Source of the DNA: Paecilomyces variotii
Lineage: Eukaryota
Strand: one strand, 5' to 3'
Assembly (NCBI GenBank): GCA_004022145.1
Contig: RCNU01000017.1
DNA length: 39,890 bases
In this document: positions 22,772 to 32,130 of the stretch, one piece after another
How the letters are laid out: each line of letters starts with the position of its first letter
Numbering within the stretch: the stretch's first letter is position 1
The notes under the pieces: generated by a model
The model's input: the letters and a program-made list of their open reading frames with translations, nothing else
Database searches by the model: none
Told to the model about the DNA's origin: nothing
Program-made: the position numbers and the translations under genes

Positions 22772-24409
22772 TTAATCAATGTGCTTTCCCTCGCCCTTTC
22801 CCTCGCTCTCGCCGCTGCTCACGGCCATCTCCGCCTTCTCCGCCTCCGCTGAGATGTGGTGACTGGGCACATCCAGACCCATTTCAATCTGCATCTGTCC
22901 AATCTGCTCAGGAGTGAGCTTGGGCATCGTCTCTGCGATCTGGTAGGGCCACTTCCTCTCGACGTGGGCCTTGGCGAAGATAATGTCAATCTCCTCCAGA
23001 TCACGGCCGGCGGTTTCGGGGTAGAAGAACCAGGCGAAAGGCACACCGATGAAGTTGACCAGGGCGAAGAAGAGATAGATACCCCAGCCACTGGCGTCGG
23101 AGAAGACGGGAGTGAACATGACGACAGCAAAGTTGGACAGCCAGTTGGTGCAAGTCGAGGCAGAAGCCGCCATGGTACGGGTCCGGAGAGGGTTGATCTC
23201 GGGCGGGTAGATCCAGGGCAGCGGCAGAGTCGTGAAGGCGAAGAAGCAGATGAAGAGGAAGATACCGACAACGGCACCCTTGGAGGCCTCAGCATCTCCC
23301 TTGATCAGACAGCCCATGGTGATGATGAAACTGAGACCCTGACCCAAGAAACCAATCAAGAACAGCTTGCGACGACCAACCTTCTCAATCATGAAGAAGG
23401 AGGGGATAGTAGCGAGGGCGTAGACCGTGGCGAAGACACCTCCCAAAACCAAAGAGAGACGGTGGTCCATGTGCAAGTTGGTCTCGAACAGCAGCGTGGA
23501 GTAGTAGATGGCGGCATTGCAACCGGTGAACTGCTGGAAGAATTGACCGGAGCAGCCGATCATCATACGCTGGAACTCCTGGGTCTTGCCGAAGGTGAAG
23601 AGAGTCCTCCAGTTGGCCTTCTGGCCCTTGGAGGCATTGAGATCGGCCTTCATGAGGTTGAAATCGATGAGCACATCCTCCGCATCGGGCTGGCTGTCGT
23701 TGAGGCAGGCCAGCACCTCGCATGCCTCCTTGTCATGTCCTCTCATGACAAACCATCTAGGAGACTCGGGCAGCATGAGCGCGCCAGCGCTGACGAGGAC
23801 GGCGAAGAGAATCTGGAATGCGACGGGGAACCGCCACTGGACCGAGCTGTTGACGTACGAGAGACCGAAATCAATCCAATAGGCGACGAAAGTGCCGACG
23901 GCGATGATGGCACCTTCGAAGCAGACGAGGAAGCCACGGTTGTGAGCGCGAGAACATTCGGACTGCCAGACGGGAATCGTGGCCGTGTCCATGCCGTTTC
24001 CAAGACCGGAAACGACACGACCGACAACGAACTGGCCCAGACCCCAGTGGGGACCGAAAGCAGCAGTGGAAATGACCGTACCGATAATCATCAGGATACC
24101 ACCAGCCACCAGCAGAGGCGTGCGGCCGATGCGTTCACCGTACATGAGGGTGAAGATGGCACCGAAGAAACAGCCCAGTTCGTAACAAGCGGTAACCGCA
24201 CCACGGAGGACAGAGACATGCTGAGAGTAGGCTGCTGAAGAGCCGGCGGGAATGGCTAGAGGCGGGAACTCCTGGGTGAACTGGTCACCAGAGATGATAC
24301 CGGACATCAGACCCTGATCATAACCGAAGAGCGAGAAACCTATGACAGAGGTGAAAGTGATGGCCAGATGGAGCTTCTTGCCCCGCAAGCCGGAAGTAGT
24401 CGTCCACAT
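22772..24409 (-). CDS. MFS sugar-porter family transporter, Stl1-like (polyol/sugar:H+ symporter), 545 aa, intronless
   Basis: FSLFGYDQGLMSG, GERIGR, GRVVSGLGNG, PVWQSEC, WRFP, LPESPRW, QFFQQFTGCNAAIYY, WIYPPEINPLRTR, YPETAGRDLEEID. QQFTGCNAAIYY and YPPEI are typical of the Stl1 clade; substrate is not determinable from sequence. Confidence 0.93.
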   Translation of the reverse strand: MWTTTSGLRGKKLHLAITFTSVIGFSLFGYDQGLMSGIISGDQFTQEFPPLAIPAGSSAAYSQHVSVLRGAVTACYELGCFFGAIFTLMYGERIGRTPLLVAGGILMIIGTVISTAAFGPHWGLGQFVVGRVVSGLGNGMDTATIPVWQSECSRAHNRGFLVCFEGAIIAVGTFVAYWIDFGLSYVNSSVQWRFPVAFQILFAVLVSAGALMLPESPRWFVMRGHDKEACEVLACLNDSQPDAEDVLIDFNLMKADLNASKGQKANWRTLFTFGKTQEFQRMMIGCSGQFFQQFTGCNAAIYYSTLLFETNLHMDHRLSLVLGGVFATVYALATIPSFFMIEKVGRRKLFLIGFLGQGLSFIITMGCLIKGDAEASKGAVVGIFLFICFFAFTTLPLPWIYPPEINPLRTRTMAASASTCTNWLSNFAVVMFTPVFSDASGWGIYLFFALVNFIGVPFAWFFYPETAGRDLEEIDIIFAKAHVERKWPYQIAETMPKLTPEQIGQMQIEMGLDVPSHHISAEAEKAEMAVSSGESEGKGEGKHID

Positions 24410-24516
24410 CTTGAGGGACCTTTGCTGCGCCTATCCTGTAGGTACTGACTTGTACTTGAAAGGAAGAGGACAAGCGACACGGCAAAGGAAAAAAGAAAAG
24501 GGCTCGAGAGGACAGT

Positions 24517-24875
24517 CTGGGGTTTGACACCTGGAGCGGCTCTTATATACAGCTGATCGCCAGACCGTAAGTGGTAACTAGGGCCCGTCCCACGGGTGGT
24601 TAGCGCCAAGGCTCGCGCTACCACAGCGCACGCCCTGACGTCAGCGGGGTAGCGCTAAAGGCAAGTGGGGCGAGCCGCTGCGAGGGCCAAGGGCTTAGCG
24701 GCTTTGTTGAAGTTTGGGGGGTGTTGGGGCCAGTTGGGGTCTGTCCGGGGCGGGGGACTCGCGTCGATTGGCCAGTCTGGGCCGCGGTGGATCTCATCTC
24801 GACAGACTTGCCCGAAAGGTGTCGAAAGTACGGAGTACAGTAGTAGCGCCGTCTTGGGGATGGTGGGGTCTGGAG
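24517..24875 (-). promoter_or_regulatory. Transporter promoter: TATA, CRE palindrome, CCAAT and multiple CreA-type sites
   Basis: TATATAA (minus) 24543-24549; TGACGTCA 24636-24643; SYGGRG at 24517, 24531, 24644, 24665, 24750, 24863 and 24870; CCAAT (minus) 24767-24771. Confidence 0.6.
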
Positions 24876-24910
24876 AGGGTGGAACTTTCCCATGGTACTT
24901 CTGATTGCAG

Positions 24911-24928
24911 GTGTGTGTGTGTGTGTGT
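24911..24928. repeat. (GT)9 microsatellite
   Basis: gtgtgtgtgtgtgtgtgt. Confidence 0.9.
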
Positions 24929-25947
24929 TCAATTATGTTCATAATAACTTCATCCACACAGGCCACGTCCCGATCGATTCAGGGACAACCGAGCGTCTCG
25001 CGTGGTGGAGGCGAGCCGGCCTCTGATTCGCTTGCGGCGGCTATCAAGTACATGCCAGCAGTCGCATGCGCTGCAGACGTCGCGCGAATCGGCCATTTTA
25101 CGGCCCTCCCCGATCAGGAATGCGACGACTGACAGGCCAGATTCAGATTCTTGGAAATTAACTAACTGCTATCTAAGTTATGTGACTCTGTCTGCCGAGA
25201 TGCTGTGCGAGAACCCGTCTTCTCTCCCGATCACGAGAGGACGGCAGGACCGCTAACCGTCACCGGCGGCAACCCGTCCAAGCAAGACAATGTTGGCATG
25301 TCCAGACACCGACGGGCCGACTGCAGCCAGAGACTACTGTGCAGAATGCCCCCGCAGGCACACAATAATGAAGAAGAATCACAGGCAATTGGCATCGAGT
25401 ATCGTTTAGCAAAGAGCCCAGTACGATGACGACAAGTGTGCCAGGGTTATACTATGCGGATTAGAGTATCCCGATGGGCTTCATCATGGGTCAAAGTTTT
25501 CCGTCTCCAACAGCCCATACAAACGTTGTCTACACGATCTAGCGTCGGGGGGGATCCGAAATGGGTTTGAGTCGGTCTTGGGGTAAAAAGAAAAGAGGTC
25601 CTAGTTACTACGGGGTATTATGATTATTATTATGCGTCTACACATTGTGGCGGTCTTGTCAACTGGTCCAAACGTCTTCCCCGCGAAAAGCTGGCGTCGC
25701 CATCTCCAGATCGCGCGTTGACGAGGATGCGAATTGCGGCGCAGTGATAACAGTTTGGCAATAGGGGATGGAGATGGAGATGGGGATGAAGGGGTCCAAG
25801 CATCCCGCATACGGAAAGGAAGGCGACGCCGCAAAAGATGAAAGTGAACGAGCATTGGCCAGCAGCCACAACCGTCTGCCTTGTCCGCTAGTTACCACTT
25901 ACTAGTATAGTAAGGACGTAGGGCGTCGCAGGCACACCTCTCGTATA

Positions 25948-26538
25948 TCCGTGACTGTTAGCTCACCCACTCCTGCCGTCGTGGGTGAGCCCTCCCGTAT
26001 TTGCACTTCCTACCGATTTTCACTTTTTAGCCTTAGGTACCTTTTGTATGGGAACACCATACAAAAGGTACATAAGGCCAAAAACAGCGTATATCTAATT
26101 ATCTCAGTATTTTATTAAGGAACCCCTTTATTTTAATTAATAAGACTAAAATAATATAATATAATAACCTATATTATTAATTTGAAATTAAAATCTTAAT
26201 TATTAAAGTAAGCGTTTGCTTTTTTAATTTTCCCCATATAAAAAACTTTTGGTGAGAAATCTTTAAATACTAATATATCTCTTACTTTTAATTAGAGCTT
26301 TTTAAAAATTAAAATACAAATTATTTAATAATAAGATTATAATATTATCAATTAAAATAAAGGGGTTCCTTAATAAAATGTTGAGATAATTAGATATACG
26401 CTGTTTTTGGCCTTATGTACCTTTTGTATGGTGTTCCCATACAAAAGGTACCTAAGGCTAAAAAGTGAAAATCGGTAGGAAGTGCAAATACGGGAGGGCT
26501 CACCCACGACCGAAGGGAGTGGGTGAGCTAGTCACGGA
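25948..26538. mobile_element. Non-autonomous DNA transposon (MITE), Tc1/mariner-type TA target duplication, 591 bp
   Basis: TA at 25946-25947 and 26539-26540. Near-perfect TIRs ~25948-26143 and ~26345-26538, both beginning TCCGTGACT. AT-rich spacer of ~200 bp with no ORF. Confidence 0.92.
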
Positions 26539-27085
26539 TAAGAGCTGACTCGGTTCGGGCGCCGCCATCTCGCGCCACCGACGCATGCAACCGCCAACAT
26601 CCATATAAAAGGCTGCACTCAGGCTTTCGATCCCACCCCGCGTGTCTCACGAGGCGCACACTGACATCAAGGTATGCCAGCGATTGCGACGCTGTTTTCG
26701 TTTTCTTTTGCCGCTGCATGCATCGGGCGACTGAAAGCCTTATTTCTGTTTTCCATTATTATTCTTACTTATAGTATTTACCCGCCAAGTGTAGATCAGC
26801 AGCCGGCAGCGGCGCACGAGCTTCCCGGTGGGCTTTGCCGGCCCAGTAGTCGCCATCGGCAGAGAGTAGTAAAGTAGAGTACGGAGTAGATAGAGTAGTA
26901 TTGCAACTCGTGCACCTTGTCCCATAAATGATAACCGCAGGAAAAGAGAAGTTGAGGCCCTTTTTGACGTCCTTCTCCAGTCTCTCTTCTCTTGGTGTCG
27001 TACATACATACTGTGTTACCCACGCTGATATGTTTGCTGCGCAGCGTTGGGTTCTGTATTATTATTATTCTGTCCTACTGGTAGT

Positions 27086-27125
27086 TAATGATAATAATAA
27101 TAATAATAATAATAATCATAATAAT
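27086..27125. repeat. (AAT)n microsatellite
   Basis: taatgataataataataataataataataatcataataat. Confidence 0.85.
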
Positions 27126-30100
27126 GCATCCTCGGCTTTCCCCCTTCGGGACGCCTTGATGCCGTTTCGGGCCAACTCCCGTGGTCCGGGACCGTTAAAA
27201 CTCTCGCCGAAACCAGCAGGTGCGTGCGATGACAATCCATGCCTCTTTCGCTCCTGCCTTCGGGCTGCTTCGGGCTCGATCCCGTGTGCGGTCGGATTTT
27301 CCCGCCGCCGCCAAACATCGAGCTAGTTAGTCCGTCAGAGTTGGACATGTCGCAACGTCTGCACCTACCAGTAGGGTATTAGACGGGTATAACCACCTCT
27401 CTAAATCTGGCTAAATCAGCCTCGCGAATTATTTCCGCCCCCCGGCGACGGCGTCGTTGTGGGATTTTAGTTAGTTATGGGTCTGGGGTTTCTCTTATGT
27501 CAGCACGTCCTCCTTCAACCACCAAAAATCACAAGAAATCCACAAGCTTGGCGTGGTATCTCGAATCTTGCTTGTTTTCCTTGGCGGTCGCTCAGTGCCA
27601 TTGCGGAAATTATTACAGAGGGAGATGGCAAAGCATCGGATCAGATTATACGAACTGTCTGAACTTTGCCACTGGTGCTGTACTTACTATAGACGAGTAG
27701 TCGAACTGAGCCAGCGAGATGTTGTTGGTCTAAGGGTTGATTTATTATTTTATAGCCTTTTTCACATGTTTTGCGATTGACTTTTTCCCATCAGCCTCCT
27801 ACGACATAGCTGGATCTTCTATATGTAAAGAAAACGAAAAAGAAAAAGAAAAATCAAAAAGGAAAGTTAACAGAGTGCCTTGCTTTGGGACCGTAGCCTT
27901 TAGACTCTATAGTAATCGATCGTCCTTGCTTCAAACGGGATCCACACGATAAAATTTCTTTAGGTGATATCGGCTTCCTCCGTCCAGAAAACACTCCCAC
28001 CAAAGAGAATTCTCCCATTAGTAGTAGTATCGAATCATTAATGATGACTCTGCGCTGCTACGCCGGTAGACTTTTTTTCTTTTATCTTTTTCCGTCTCCG
28101 CTTACGTTTCACACCACCATGCGAGTAACTAGTTTGTCACCCGAGGATGATCATCTCGCAAAATAAGGGCCGAAAAAGACCGAACCCTCTCCGATCGTTA
28201 GCTGGTAAATGAGAGTCCCGATCCGAACTTATCGCTAATAACGGTTCAAAAAAAAAGTTGTTCATCGGCTAAAAACGGCTCTTTGCATATTCTGGCTGGA
28301 AGTACGTACGTAGTTACTCCGTCCTTACACCGGGGTGTTACTCTGATAGCCTCGCGTTTACCCGTTTTGGCACCGGTATTAAATCTGAAGCTACACCGCA
28401 ACTGTTTGTTCCGGGATATTATTTTTATAGTAGTATGCGCAGACTACCTGATATGCAAGCAGAGTTTCGGGCAGCTAGTTAATGATTGGAAGCCCAATAA
28501 TAATGATAATGATAAGATGGAAGACGAACCGAACCGAATACCTATTTGGAAACATCCACCAACGTCCTCACTGTAGTACTACTAATGCAAGTGCTTGTAC
28601 TATAGAATCTTGCTGGAGGGAACTAATAATCTCGTTGGCATAATCCTGCATTTTTCGTAGCTAACTATGCATGTCTCTTTGACCGTGACTCTGTTTCATA
28701 CTATGACTCGCTGTCGTCCCGCGAAACTGGTCACTAACTGATAGGCCTCCTCCAATGATAGTACCGTCGCCGACTATCAAGCTAGTTACTCCGTACAACA
28801 GTAGCAAGACACATAACTCCGATCCTCCAAGTCGGTCTGGAAGTACAGTATCTACTATCTCCTATGTACTACATACCACTACCCTCGACGTATTTATAGC
28901 TCTTGAACGGCAGCACGCATGAGATCAACAAGAGAGGGTCCAGGAATAATTGAATGACCTGCACTGGTCTTGCTATACTTGCTCTAAAATGCTGAGAGAG
29001 TAGCTATAGACACTTATGTGGTATGAGCAGATCCATTATCTAGAGATAAAGTACAATGATAACATGTGAATTTATCTTTATGCAGATCTTCGGTAGGTGA
29101 ATAGATAAGAAATCTATTTGAGTGGCTTTTTTGTGACAGGCCGTAAGCCTCTCTAGTTATCTAGTCTCTCGTTAGTTGTTGTTCTGTGTCCGTAACCTAT
29201 TAGGACGAGGACCGGATTTTGCATAAAAACCAGAGAGAATTTGTGTCGGATCCTAAGTAGCATGGAAGCAAGCGTATGACTTGAACCTCTTAGCTGCTTA
29301 GCCGGTTGCCGATACGGCTAGATTGCTTGCTTGACTCTAGATCTAGGGGAGGTAGAGCCCATATTTATCTCCCAGTTACACGTGGAGAATCTATATCCGT
29401 TTGAAAGATCTAACAAGCTCTATTGTAGCAAGAACCTGATGAAAACAGTTGGTATAACTAACAGATGACCAGAGACGGCCTTGATGCGCTGACACTTTTA
29501 AGATTGGCAGTAACTATTTTATATTGCTGGTTTATAAATAAAAGTACTTGCCTACTGTAGAGTTTGTCTGATCTCTTTATTCTCTCTCTATCTCTCTTTC
29601 TCTTGTAGTATAGGTACCTTTTTCCCCTGGCCTATAACATGTGCAAGAGATACTTCGCTTGTTCATGTTCCTAGTAATTGTCAGGGTAATTCTTGTCGTC
29701 AAACTACTATTATATACTAATAGTGTAGTATAGTATAGAATCACAGAAGTAAAATAGGAAGAAAAGCACGTGGTATAGGAATATAATCCCGATTGCTTGA
29801 GCCACTAGGACCATCCTAACTGATTGCTGTCTGAAACACTGCCTCTGCTACTATATCTACGCATTTCCTATCTCTAGCGTGTCTGCTTTGATCCTAAATA
29901 GATGGCTTAATGTTACTTGTTCTATACCCTTTGTATAGGGTAATAGTGGTGTTTTGCAGCTCGTCTCCGATAAAGCAGTTGGGCGCCGACAAGTTAAGCA
30001 GGCAATTAGCGTGGCCCGCAAAAGGTTTAGGATATATTATTTTGCTTCCGTGTTAGATAATTTTAATTTAATATAGGCACTATGTTCATAAAATATATAT

Positions 30101-32130
30101 AAAACAACTATATATCCTATAATATATTCTGCATGCACTGTGTAAGTATGCTGGCAATTATGTCCTTTTATTCTCGTTACCTTCGTTACCTGGTTCGCAC
30201 GTAGAATGAAGCTCAACTCCCTCCCGTTAGCCTAGCAAAAACAGTAAAAGATTCATATATCACAGGACATATGTCATAGACGATTCTCAGCATGAGCTTA
30301 TTTAGACAGTCTAGTCCAGATTGACTTGAAGGAGATCTGAAGGCCTCGTCGTGTGTCTGGTGTCGATGCATCTGGCTTACGGTCTTGTTGCTACGTGAGA
30401 CGAGGATATTAGGGGCCGAGACCTTCAACAAAATATAAATCTTCTTAAGGTATGTCTGGATCATGTTCTTGTATTCTTATTTTCATGTCCCACGTCACCC
30501 TCAGTAAGAAATGCTTGCAAGCATCGAGTTACCATCGATATAGTTACACGTGGAAGACAGTGGTAACAGAGCCGATTCAAAAAGAAAACTGCTTCATGGA
30601 CACAAGCCGCCAGTCTGAATGGTATTAGGTGGGCGCCATTCCTAGAAACTGGTAGTAGGAATTACGAGTCCCAGATATAGCAGGGCCGTCCTTCGCTTCT
30701 CGCCTCTTGTACCCAATTCACTCTTGCGCATCCTCTTATCAACTCGCCCCAGCCACCAGAGGACCAACTTCCGATTCCAGTTAGCACAAAGAAGTAACTT
30801 GTCTCAGACTGAAGCCTTGAGAACGGAAAAGAGAGACATAATGCACACACAAGAAAAGCAGGACGGCCTTTCCTTGACACCCAAAATAGTTCTCGGATGG
30901 GGACCCCAATGAAACAACCGCTTGCATGACCGAATTCCCATGGTATGAGCCAAACTCCCAGAATCAACTTTGTAAATAAGGCAGTGAGGCATGGACGAAG
31001 CTTGAACTAGTACACACTGCTACAGTGCGTTGACTTGAGCGATCTCCGTCGCTTCATGTTTTACTTGATAACGTGCCCGCCAGCAGAGTGACTTTCCAGT
31101 CTCATCCAATAACCTGGCACTTTGGCGAGCCATCGAATGTTATTCTCCGCGTGATGGTCACGCAGACATGAAGTTGTCGAATACGCGTCGGCGACAGTCG
31201 AAAATGTCCAAGAACGCATATAGTGTATATTTTCCCTCAAACCGTTGAATGCATTTTGCTTTTTTTCCCGCTAATGAAGATTTTAAGACACTCTGAGTGA
31301 CCCTCTTCAGAAATTACAGCTGCGACTTCGCACGGTCTCTCTCAGCGGGGTTATATCTGTGGCAAGGCGTAAGCTGCGGTTCACATACACATCTCTCAGT
31401 ATTGGAATCATAAGTACCTGAGAAGCTTTTCGATCAAATCAACGTGCGTCATTATCATACGGCGACAGCAGTATCTCTTGCAGCCCAACTGGTCCATGGC
31501 GTCTCTGAAGAATCGTTAGTTTCCCGAAAACAGCACACGATCGATACTATGCTTACCCATCTGGAACGCCTTCATCGAGCAACCGCAAGTAGCTTTCCCA
31601 GAGGTCACCAACCACCTGTCGCACCTGATAAGCTGGGATCCCTTCGATCCGGTTGAGTCGTACTCACCTTGCCACAAGAAAAGCAGCGCACTGGAATGAT
31701 CATTGTGATTCAACTGGCGGCTGATAAAGATTATTGAACAAGGACAATGCAAAATTTGAGTATACCAGGTGCCTGAGAGTCGAGAGTCGAGAGTCGAAAG
31801 GTCCGTGGTACAACTAAAGAAATAATGATTCCCTTCGTTTTTTCGATGACAGGTTCACGCGTATCTTGAAAGATTAGAAGAGGACTTTCGCGCTAGTGCT
31901 TTTATGGACTAGCCGGTCCCACCAATCTTCGGGGGTCTAGGTTACGCTTCTCCGAAAAAAGAAAAAAAAAAGTCCTCGACATAAGTAGGAAGAATCGTTT
32001 ATCAGGCCAAATCTTCTTTCTTTTTTGCAGATCTACACTGATCGCGAGAGATGGTCTTTATCATCTAGAAGGGAATCTTCGCTTTTGCTTATATTAGGCC
32101 GCTTCTGGGTCTTCATTCCCTGCCCGCAAC

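Noticed and set aside
22856-24238. 460-aa ORF antisense to the sugar transporter
   Set aside because: Exact codon-register shadow of a strongly biased gene with C/G-ending codons; no motifs recognised.
8346-24409. dld1 + xdhA + sugar porter as a metabolic gene cluster
   Set aside because: Interspersed with unrelated genes (Rab, Clr5, unknown), different promoter motifs, and no shared pathway demonstrable from sequence.
24340-31752. Numerous 60-130-aa ORFs in the long intergenic region
   Set aside because: Many have non-ATG starts or are driven by microsatellites, with no coding bias or recognisable motifs.
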